Assembly: GCF_006345805.1 (NCBI RefSeq)
Contig: NC_043014.1
Span: 7,440,001-7,504,000 of the forward strand
From: Octopus sinensis
Taxonomy: Eukaryota
Length of the DNA: 64,000 nucleotides
Reading direction: 5' to 3'
The number at the start of each line of letters is the position of its first letter. Position 1 is the stretch's first letter. Below, in pieces: positions 26,796-37,124 of this stretch. Below the pieces are notes generated by a model. That model saw only the letters and a program-made list of their open reading frames with translations. It was not told where the DNA came from and ran no database searches. A program made the position numbers and the translations under genes.

Positions 26796-26864
26796 GCATA
26801 TGGCGTAGTGGTTAAGAGCACGGGCTACTAACCCCAAGATTCCAAGTTCGATTCCAGGCGGTGA

Positions 26865-26907
<43 letters not shown>

Positions 26908-27146
26908 CATAATAATAATAAGAAGAAGAAGAAGAAAAAGAAGAAGAAGAACAAGAACAACAACAACAACGACAACAATAATAATAATAATAACAGCAAC
27001 AACAACATCGAAAAATACCTTAGGAATGAGAACCCAGGTTCGAAATTTCCCCAAGACACCTGATGAAGGCTGGAGGGTATATCAGCCGAAATGTTGTGTT
27101 AACAACAAACAAGATGAGGACAAATATCTGTCAAATGTAAATAATA
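26796..27146 (+). mobile_element. tRNA-headed SINE with hammerhead motif (family E), copy 2
   Basis: A box tggcgtagtgg (26801), B box gttcgattcc, (AAT)n(AAG)n(AAC)n, hammerhead core 27056-27100. Confidence 0.78.
27056..27100 (+). ncRNA. Minimal type I hammerhead ribozyme motif in SINE family E
   Basis: Helix I ACAC/GTGT, CTGATGA(+A), helix II GGCTG/CAGCC, GAAA-(C>T)-GTT. Consensus GAAACGTTGTG is recoverable from the copies at 26600, 46170 and 52660. Confidence 0.55.
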
Positions 27147-27181
27147 TTAAAAAATCATATTTTTATATTTTTATTATAAAA

Positions 27182-27570
27182 CTAGCAATATCGCCTGGAG
27201 TTGCTCGGGTTTGTTTTAACCCTTTAGAATTGTAATTTTTGAAAAGTAAAAATTTTGCATTATGTAGTTTGTTATTCTCTTTAAGTTAACATTTTTCTGG
27301 TTGAAATACACAGAAAAATGGTGACACAGCAGGCAAAAATCGTAAAAAATAGGGATTTTCATAGAAAAAAAGTACCTTTTTGATGTAAATAATTTTTGGT
27401 GTTAACATGGTCTGATTTGAATTTTTTCTTCTAGGGAAGGAAAAGCAAGCCTTCTTCTATCATACTCTCAATTTTGGTCAACTTACGCCGCAGTGTCTCG
27501 GAGGAGATAGTGTTAGTTGAAGGCTACCAAACCTGCCACACACAGACAGACAACTTCAGCTTTATATAGA
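27182..27570 (-). mobile_element. Non-autonomous Helitron, family H1
   Basis: A|TC 5' end (tctatataaagctg), subterminal cccgagcaactccaggcg hairpin, CTAG|T 3' end, no TSD. Partial copy at 52976-53288. Confidence 0.75.
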
Positions 27571-27839
27571 TATATCATTAGGGATTGTATATAAAAAAAA
27601 ATTACAAAAATATTTTGTGTAGTGTAGTAGCATAACCAGTTTATAGCACATAGATTTTAACAGCAAAATCTTATATGGGCCTTGAAGGGCCATGTGGACC
27701 CCGGTTGAAAAACAGTGAATCAAATAAACAAACCATTTTCTTTGTTTTTTTTCGATGTGGTCTAGGATATTTATCATCGCTGTAGTAATCATCATCATCA
27801 TCATTATCCTCCTCTACATCATGAACAACAAACAGGTGA

Positions 27840-28110
27840 TCAATACTTCAGTATGGATCATATTTAAGCTTTGAATGCCATCAGCAACCCCAAAGAGAAT
27901 TGCTGGGCTTTGTAATGCATTTTTCCCTGCAATATTATAAATGTGGTACCGCCAAGAGAGATCATCAAAGATTGCGATGTACAGCATTTCTATCAATATT
28001 CATGGTTTTAGTGGAATATCTAAGTATCTCCTGACAATCATAAATGTTGATTAAAATGTATTCTTGATGAATTTTTTATGAACATCTTTGGCAACTTCTG
28101 ATTATTATTT
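27840..28110 (-). mobile_element. Possible decayed pogo/Tigger transposase fragment
   Basis: Frame-switching similarity to the pogo DDE region (IYDCQE...WRY...IA/REKC...ILFGVADG/HSKLK); weak and judged by eye only. Confidence 0.3.
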
Positions 28111-28244
28111 GCATGTTTGGAATGCTTATTTTGACAGAAATACATGTATTTTTTTTTTTGTCCCAACCACTAAACTAAATGACTTTTGTGGCTGTATGAT
28201 CCAAAGCTCAACGAATCAAGCGTAAAAGGATCTTTCTTTACTCT

Positions 28245-28470
28245 CTTTTCTCTTTTACTCTCTTTTACTTGTTTCAGTCATTTGACTGCGGCCATGCTGG
28301 AGCAACGCCTTTAGTCGAGCAAATCGACCCTGGGACTTATTCTTTGTAAGCCCAGTACTTATTCTATCGGTCTCTTTTGCCAAACCGCTAAGTGACGGGG
28401 ACATAAACACACCAGCATTGGTTGTCAAGCAATGCTAGGGGGACAAACACAGACACGCATATATATATAT

Positions 28471-28542
<72 letters not shown>

Positions 28543-28746
28543 ATATATATATATATATACACATATATATATATACATATATATGACAGGCTTCTTTCAG
28601 TTTCCGTCTACCAAATCCACTCACAAAGCATTGGTCGGCCTGGGGCTATAGCAGAAGACACTTGCCCAAGATGCCACGCAGTGGGACTGAACCTGGAACC
28701 ATGTGGTTGGTAAGCAAGCGACTTACCACACAGCCACTCCTGCGCC
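28245..28746 (-). mobile_element. SINE family A
   Basis: Full structure with expanded (TA)n. Confidence 0.8.
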
Positions 28747-28939
28747 TTTTTCCTTCGCTGGATCATTTCCCTTCGGCGTCGTCATCATCATCATCGCTTA
28801 ACGTCCACTTTCCGTGCTAGCATGGGTTGGACGATTTTGACTGAAGGCTGGCAAACCAGATGGCTACACCAGGACCCAATCTTGATCTGGCAGAGTAATC
28901 ATCGTATTCCAATTTGCTTCACTTTTCAATGAATAGCAG

Positions 28940-29046
28940 GTGAGCGACTGTCATTTGATACAGACAAGACAACACAAGCTAAACTTTCAGATTTTCTGGA
29001 AAAAGCATTCAGAAATAACCCAATAAGTTTACCGTTTATTCCGTGA
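28940..29046 (+). CDS. Candidate terminal exon of an unidentified gene, copy 1
   Basis: cttcacttttcaatgaatagcag| then (x)ERLSFDTDKTTQAKLSDFLEKAFRNNPISLPFIP*, followed by AT-rich sequence with AATAAA. Paralogous to 29489-29592. Confidence 0.35.
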
Positions 29047-29357
29047 AACATTCACGGGTCCCACTATTATATATATATATATAAGTAACCCATTTTTAAG
29101 TGCATATTACCTCAATAAATATAGGCACAATGAGATACCTTTATCTACAGGCTGAAACAGCTGTAAGATCCATTTTATTTGTATTATTTTTATGGTATTA
29201 TCTTATTTATTGATGTATATTGTTTTATTCTGTTGGATTTGGATGTTCCTATTGAAGTAGTTAATAAATAATATGAATTGGTATTATCTGTAAGTTGATG
29301 ACTGAAAGGAATCTGTTCCTCCATTTTCTTATTTGTAATATATATATATATATAGAG

Positions 29358-29388
<31 letters not shown>

Positions 29389-29488
29389 TGTATGTATGTA
29401 TGTATGTATGTATGTATGTATATATGTATATCAAGTGCATTAAGTAATTATCGTATTCCAGTTTCCTTCACTTTTTGATGAGTAGCAG

Positions 29489-29592
29489 ATGAGCGACTGT
29501 CATTTGATACAGAAGCAACAGAAGCCATGCTTTCAGGCATTTTGGATAAAGTTTTCAGAAACAACCCAATATGTTTACCATTTATTCTGTGA
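29489..29592 (+). CDS. Candidate terminal exon of an unidentified gene, copy 2
   Basis: cttcactttttgatgagtagcag| then (x)ERLSFDTEATEAMLSGILDKVFRNNPICLPFIL*. Net 3-nt indel versus copy 1 and same stop position. Confidence 0.35.
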
Positions 29593-29864
29593 AATATTCA
29601 TGATAATAATAATAATAATAATAATTATCCTTTCTGCAATAGGCACAAGGCCTGAAATTTTTTTGGGGGGAGGTGTGATTTGATTACATTGGTCTCAGTG
29701 CTCAACTGGTGATTTTTTTATTGACCCCTAAAGGATGAAAGGCAAAGTCAACCTCAGTAGAATTTGAACTCAGAACTCGGATGAAATGCTGCTAAGTATT
29801 TTGCTCACTGTGCTAACAATTCTGCCAGCTTGCCACCTTAATAATAATAATAATGATGATGATG

Positions 29865-29917
<53 letters not shown>

Positions 29918-29974
29918 TCTTTCTATATGAAGCACAAGGTCCCTAAATTTAGGGGAAGGGATCAAGTTGATTAC

Positions 29975-30500
29975 ATCAACCGCAGTACATAACTGGTACT
30001 TATTTAATCGACCCCGAAAGGATGAAAGGCAAAGTTGACCTCGGCAGAATTTGAACTCAGAATGTAAAGACAGAGGAAATATCTATCTCTTTACTACCCA
30101 CAAGGGGCTAAACACAGAGGGGACAAACAAGGACAGACAAACGGAGTAAGTCGATTATATCGACCCTAGTGTGTAACTGGTACTTATTTAATCGACCCTG
30201 AAAGGATGAAAGGCAAAGTCGATCTCGGCGGAATTTGAACTCAGAACGTAGCGGCAGACGAAATACCTATTTCTTTACTACCCACAAGGGGCTAAACACA
30301 GAGGGGACAAACATGGACAGACAAACGGAGTAAGTCAATTATATCGACCTTAGTGTGTAACTGGTACTTATTTAATCGACCCCGGAAGGATGAAAGGCAA
30401 AGTCGACCTCGGTGGAATTTGAACTCACAACGTTGCGACAGGTGAAATACCATTAAGCATTTCACCTGGAATGCTAATGATTCCGCCAGCTTGCCACCTT
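29975..30500 (-). mobile_element. SINE family B tandem array (3 units)
   Basis: Head-to-tail units joined at gaaataggtatttc. Confidence 0.72.
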
Positions 30501-31596
30501 AATAATAATGATGATAACAACAACAACAATAAAAATTATTTCTAATTTAGACATAAAACCAGCAGCTTTCATGGATGAAGCTTAGTCATGACCATCAACC
30601 CCAGTACATGACTGGTACTTTATTTTGGCAACATCAGGAGAATGAAAGGCAAAGTAGAAAGAATTATTATTAATATTATTATTATTATTATTATTATTAT
30701 TACTAAGGCGGCGAGCTGGCAGAATCGTTAGCATGCCGGGCGAAATGCATAGCAGTATTTCGTCTGCCGCTACGTTCTGAGTTCAAATTCCACCGAGGTC
30801 GACTTTGCCTTTCATCCTTTCGGGGTCGATTAAATAAGTACCAGTTACGCACTGGGATCGATGTAATCGACTTAATATGTTTGTCTGTCCTTTGTTGTCC
30901 TCTCTATATTTAGCCCCTCGGCAAAATCAGTGGCCGAAATGCAAAGAATCAGAAGAATTACTACATCGTCTCAGACGTTCAATTGATTCCAACTGCTCAC
31001 CGAAGTTATGAAGAAATCAAAGAAATGGAATAAGCAAAACAATGTCTTTTACGTTGTTTTTTCTTTTCTTTTCAAAGGTAATTTTATTAAAAGGCTTCTT
31101 ACAGTACAAATACAATAGATCGTGTCCCCTTTGTGCATATATATATATATATATATAATCAAAATAAGCAACAAGGATATCCAAGGTAGAGTAGTACAAT
31201 TGTTTCATGCTACTATTATATGGATAATACCATACAAAATTCTGGTGCCTTTAACTTAAGTACCATATTCATCTGAATCTAAATTTTGCTGAACTTATAT
31301 ATATATGTATGTATGTATGTATATGTATATATGTATATGAAAAAATGTGTATATATATATATATATATAGAAATATGTACTTACATACAAGGCCAAAGAG
31401 GGTACGGGCGCTGGTATATATATTATTATATGTAAAAAAATACAAACTGGGACAAGAACGTAAAACATTAGAAGACGATACAAAAAACACGGACGGGACA
31501 TTTGAAGCCTTCAATCTTCAGTCAAGAACCGGATCATCCTCGCAATTTCGGCTGATTTACGTTCTTGTCCCAGTTTGTATTTTTCTACATATAATA

Positions 31597-31658
<62 letters not shown>

Positions 31659-33087
31659 TCACATATTCTCTGTGATGTCTCTCTCTTGATTGGTTATGTG
31701 TGTATATATATATACACATACATACATATAAGTGTATGTTTGATGATGCCAGTAGCAGCAGCAGAAGTAACAGTAAAAGCAGCAGTAGTCATAGTAGTAG
31801 TAGCAGTAGCAGTAATAGCAGCAGCAGCAACATCGTTGTCTTGTTGTAGTCGAGGTCTCTTCGTTGACGCCTGACACCACTGGGAGGTGGCCCTCGAAGT
31901 CTCTGAAAATGTAGATCTCCAGGTCCAAATTCTTGAATGGCAAGAAAGTGCGGAATGGGAGAGGAGACGGAGGAGCATGTCATCTACGACTGTCCATGGA
32001 TCCATCGCCTGCCACACCCCTCCAGACGCTCTGGCCGGTGACCCTCTTCTTGTCCTTTGGATCTGGGAAAAGCGGACTTCCACTCCTGACCTCCCAGGCG
32101 TTTACTAACCCACAGAACGGATGCAGTGAAATCACCCTTACCCGTCTTGTGGTTTAACATCAACAACAACAACAACAACAGCAGCAACAGAGATGATGAT
32201 GCAAAAAGCAGCTTTAGATGTTTTCTTAAAAGCATCAATTTATCCACAACTTCATACCTATTTCTTTACTACCCACAAGGGGCTAAACACAGAGAGGACA
32301 AACAAGGACAGACAAATGTATTAAGTCGATTATATCGACCCCAGTGCGTAACTGGTACTTTTTTAATCGACCCCGAAAGTATGAAAGGCAAAGTCGACCG
32401 TGGCGGAATTTGAACTCAGAACGTAGCGGCAGACGAAATACCTATTTCTTTACTACCCACAAGGGGCTAAACACAGAGGGGACAGACAAACGGATTAAGT
32501 CGATTATATCGACCCCAGTGCATAACTGGTACTTATTTAATCGAGCCCGAATAAATGAAAGGCAAAGTTGACCTAGGCGGAATTTGAACTCAGTATGTAA
32601 GGACAGACGAAATACCACTAAGCAATTTGTCTGAAGTGTTAACAATTCTGCCAGCTTGTCGCCCCACTTTCATACCAACACGAACAAATGCACCAACACA
32701 CACACACACATGTGATAGACTTCCATACAGATTCTGTCTGCCCGACTTCACTAACAAGGCACCAATAAATACATAAGGGCAATGATTTTCTTATAATGAA
32801 TTTTTATTCAGCTCGCCAGCTAAATGCAATATCAGTGATCTTTCAATCGCCATTTAACTATATCAGTGCACAACTGATTTTTGCTTAGCATTTGGTGTTC
32901 TTGGAAACTTGTTACCTACTGCTTGTGTGAATGTTTACTTTCTGCTGCTTATTGAGAAAATTTGAAGCAGTGAAGCATGAAAATTTGTAGCAGTGAAGCA
33001 TAAAAGCAACATATAGATGTTATTGTGTTATTACTGTTAGAAGTAAAGTGACAGAGGGTAAAATATTGTCTCATATATTGTATTTTG

Positions 33088-33118
<31 letters not shown>

Positions 33119-33183
33119 GGTAAAACCGGTAAGACAACAAATGAATGAAAGAGACTTCTCGCTATAATGTAAATAGAGAATTT

Positions 33184-33645
33184 ATCTGTAAAAATAATAT
33201 GTGACAATTATTCAAGACATGATAAAACTCCGAGCTTTGGATGTTGGGGTGGAAACCCACACCGCCATTTCTTCAGTTATCCAGCCATCGAAAAAATGCC
33301 TTTAATTTCGTTATAGATTTGTAGCCTAGCCTTGGTGTAATTCTTGATGATGCTGTTGTGTAGGACTCATGAATATGTGCTGTTTTCTACTAGGTATAAG
33401 TTCTTGGTTTTATCGTAAAAAAGTGCCTTTTTTTAAAACTTTTTATGTAATTGATATCTTTTATCAGTTTCTGTTGGAAACTGTTAAAAGACTTCCGGAA
33501 ATTTATTTTGTTCATGAGCTTCAGTAGGCATTTTTTCAATGGCCGGATGACTGAAGAGATAGCAGCATGGGTTTCCGCACCGACATCCGAAACTCGGAGT
33601 TTTATCATGGCTACTGAATAATTGTCACAAATTATATTTACAGAT
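33184..33645 (-). mobile_element. Penelope-like fragment flanked by ~118-bp inverted termini with hammerhead motifs
   Basis: Arms 33184-33301 and 33526-33645; internal LMNKINFRKSFNSFQQKLIKDINYIK...DKTKNLY..LHNSIIKNYTK matches the PLE pre-RT region; hammerhead at 33546-33606(+). Confidence 0.7.
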
Positions 33646-33732
33646 ATATATATATATATATATATACCAGAGTAAACACATAAATGTGAAACAAGGTGGA
33701 AAAAAGAGTACTCAAATACCAGTGGTAGAGTA

Positions 33733-33907
33733 ATATGCTTTATTTAAAGCAGCAGAAAATTCAACAAAACCTGTTATTCTGAGTTTCCCGTTGCCGTTCA
33801 TCGGACAGTTTTTGCTAGAGTCTAGCAAAAACTGTCCGATGAATGGCAACGGGAAACTCAGAGTAACAGGTTTTGTTGAATTTTCTGCTGCTTTAAATAA
33901 AGCATAT
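33733..33907. repeat. Near-perfect palindrome (87-bp arms, 1-nt centre) built from Penelope-type termini
   Basis: Centre g33820; 85 of 87 pairs Watson-Crick; each arm carries ctgtCCGATGA..GAAActcagagTAacag. Confidence 0.9.
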
Positions 33908-34025
33908 ATATACATACACGTACATATACATATACAACATACACATGCATACTCACATACATGCATGTTTGAAAACATACATACACACATGTAGACATAA
34001 ATAAATATATATATGTACATCTACA

Positions 34026-34097
<72 letters not shown>

Positions 34098-34351
34098 TAT
34101 ATATATATATATATATATTAGAATATAGATTTATATATATATTATATATATATATATATATATATGTATATGTATATATGCATGCATACACACGTTGTAT
34201 CAGGTTGCATGTATATATAATATTTGGTCCCACACCATGTCTAATATAAAGGAAATATATTTTTGGTGGAGAGAAAAATTGTCTGTCCCAGAACTATTGC
34301 AGGCACTTCCATTTGTTCACTTTGGTAATTGTATTCTTTAATTAATTCTCG

Positions 34352-34404
34352 TTAGACACTCTTCCGTAGGTTCAATAATTTCTGGCATGTGACAGTAATA
34401 TATT
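34352..34404 (-). CDS. SLC7A: SLC7/LAT transporter terminal coding exon (53 bp, after a 19.6-kb intron)
   Basis: Strong acceptor tctttttgttttatctttatag|; phase 1 gives (E)YITVTCQKLLNLRKSV*, matching the family T..CQKL tail (LAT1 STTVLCQKL). Confidence 0.8.
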
Positions 34405-34891
34405 CTATAAAGATAAAACAAAAAGATATATAATGTAAATATATATACAAGTGTAATTGATATAATGAAATATAATGTAATATATTTTATATTTTATTTG
34501 TTTTGGTTAATGGACTGTGGCCATACTGGGGCACTGCTTTGAAAGGGTTTTATTCCAATGGATCGACCCCAGTACTTATTTATATTCAAGCCTGGTGACA
34601 ATTTGATCGGCCTCTTTTTGCTAAACCACTAAGTTACAGAGATGTAAATAAAACAATATTATTTGTCAAGTTGTGGTGGTAGACAGACACAAGCACACAC
34701 ACACACACACACACATACACACATATATATATATATACAAATATGCACATATATACATATACATACACATACACACACACATAGAGTAAATATTTCAAAA
34801 AATGAAGAACAAGCACAAAAAAAGAAAAAACAATGCAAGGACGTGGTACATGTAAAGTATTAGCAGACGCTGAGGGAAGGAAAGAAAGGTG

Positions 34892-34927
34892 GTTTTACGT
34901 TTCGAGCAGATGCTCTTCTTCAGAAAC
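34892..34927 (-). ncRNA. Minimal type I hammerhead ribozyme motif, sense in the SLC7 last intron
   Basis: GTTT-CTGAAGA-A-GAGC-atct-GCTC-GAAAC-GTA-AAAC: all core bases present, helices I and II paired, palindromic ACGT helix III. Confidence 0.6.
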
Positions 34928-35780
34928 AGGAGACAGAGGAGAGTCCAAGAGAAGAGGAAGACGGAGGGAAAAAAATCACCAACGATTTGCATATGGTTTA
35001 GCTTCTGTGCCGGTGGAACGTAAAATGCACCAACCAATTGTGGCCGTTGCCAGCCTACCCTGGCACCTGTGCCAATGGCACCTAAAAAGCACCACCTGTA
35101 TGTGGCCGATGCCAGTGCCGCCTTGATTGGCTTCTGTGTCGGTGGCGCGTAAAAAACACCATCCGATCGTGGCCGTTGCCAGCCTCACCTGACACCTGGC
35201 ACCAGCTTCCCCTGGCACCTGGCTTCCATGCCGGTGGCATGTAAAAAGCACCCACTACACTCACGGAGTGGTTGGCATTAGGAAGGGCATCCAGCTGTAG
35301 AAACACTGTCAAATCAGACGAGCCTGGTGCAGCCTCCCGGCTTCCCAGACCTCGGTTGAACCGTCCAACCCATGCTAGCATGGAAAACGGACGTTAAACG
35401 ATGATGATGATGATATACATCATCAATAGTTAAGACAGTCTTTTGAGAAATATACTTGACTGAACCTCATGTATCCAGATAACATGTAAGTGATAATAGT
35501 TTACATTTTATATTATCTTTTAAACGGTGATATATTCAACTTGAATTGTAACAAGGTTTTTATGATTTACCTTAATTACAGGTATTCATTTATTAGTTCC
35601 TATTTATAAGGATATTTTAGTATTGTCTAAATTACTGGTATAAGTTTAACCCCCTCTCCAAAATATTAAGAAGTTTTAAATCATCATCTAAATGTGCAAA
35701 TTATATGTGATTCCTTTATGTGATTCCTTGCAAATATTCTGTCACGTTTATGTTTCCATAATTGCTAACTAAAGCATTAA

Positions 35781-36532
35781 CTCTTTCGTTACCAACCCAG
35801 CCAAAACCGGCTCTGGCTCTGTAGTACAAATGTCTTGTTTCCATAAGTTCTGAATTAAAATCTTCCACCAAACCTTAGTCACAATTTATGTTCCTAGCAC
35901 TAGCTTAATGGTAACTAAGTTATTTTACTAAATTCTTTGTTATATTTAAAATTAATTGAAAGAAACACAGAGCATCTCAACAGAAATATGGTAACAAAAG
36001 GGTTAAAATATATAATAGAGAAACAATTCTTAATCCTTTTGATAACAACCTGGTTGAAACTGGGTCTGGCTCTGTAGTACAAATGCCTTGTTTACATAAG
36101 TTCTGAATTAAAATCTTCCACCAAATCTTAGTCACAATTTATGTTTCTAACACTAGCTTAATGATAACTAAGTTATTTTACTAAATTCTTTGTTATACGC
36201 CGCATCGACTGGCCTCCGTGCCGGTGGCAAGTAACAAACACCATCCGATCGTGGCCGTTGCCAGCCTCGTCTGTCACCTGTGTCGGTGGCACGTAAAAAG
36301 CACCCACTACACTCACGGAGTGGTTGGCGTTAGGAAGGGCATCCAGCCGTAGAAACATTGCCAGATCAGAGTGGGCCTGGAGCAGCCTTCTGACTTCCCA
36401 GACCCCAGTTGAACCGTCCAACCCATGCTAGCATGGAAAGCGGACGTTAAATGATGATGATGATGATGATGATGATTTTAAGTAATTGAAAGAAACACAG
36501 AGCATCTCAAAATAAATACAGTAATGAAAGGG
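35781..36532. mobile_element. piggyBac-like MITE composite (2 internal units, RTE tail inserted at 36197-36477)
   Basis: TTAA flanks; termini CTCTTTCGTTAC / GTAATGAAAGGG. Confidence 0.65.
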
Positions 36533-36589
36533 TTAATACGGGCTGAAACATGTAAATATTTCTATCTCGATGGCTGTTTAACCAAACCC

Positions 36590-36910
36590 ATCAAGGACCG
36601 AGTCATAAGTACTCGTTGTAATCCTCGTTCTCTTTTGAAATATTTTAAAAACTTCCAGATGTTTGGGTGGCAACAACCAGCATTTGATAAAAAAAAATTC
36701 CTGTGTCACCCTTCCATGGTACTGTTTGTTCTTGGAAGTTCATCTGACATTCTTCTGTTGTACATATTCCATAGATCCATTCCAACCACTGGTTCTTGCC
36801 GTCTTCCTTATTGACACATGGTAATCCTAAGGAAGTATCCCCAAAATAATCTTGCGAGGGATGTGTTTCTGGTCGGTGTATTTTACTAAGGGTTTCAAAA
36901 GTTGTTTCAA
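36590..36910 (-). mobile_element. Decayed Mutator (MULE) transposase fragment
   Basis: DYFGDT../GRRQEPVVGMDLWNMYNRRMSDELPRTNSTMEG*HRNF.LSNAGCCHPNIWKFLKYFKRE matches the MULE C-terminal WN.Y....LPRTNN..EGWH...HP.IWKF motif. Confidence 0.7.
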
Positions 36911-37124
36911 CATGGTGGTGCCCCAGCATGGCCGTGGCCTTCGGGCTAAAACATTTTTTAAGGATTTTTTTTTAAGGATGACAACATACACAGAGTCTCT
37001 CTCTCTCTCTCACACACCACACACACACACACACAAACTCTCTTTCTCACACACACACACACAGATCCACAAGCAAATTAGATGCATTAAGATTCACTCA
37101 CAAGCAAGATAAGCAGGCAAGTGT

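Noticed and set aside
26796-26870. tRNA gene calls at SINE heads
   Set aside because: A and B boxes are present but there is no acceptor stem or complete cloverleaf, and each is fused to a repeat body.
27766-27835. Possible transmembrane mini-exon IFIIAVVIIIIIILLYIMNNKQ between AG and GT
   Set aside because: Its hydrophobicity comes from a (CAT)n tract, the donor is weak, and its phase does not join the duplicated exons.
8134-34351. PRMT7 or SLC7A6OS exons expected from human synteny
   Set aside because: No recognisable matches were found by eye; a tblastn search would be needed to exclude them.
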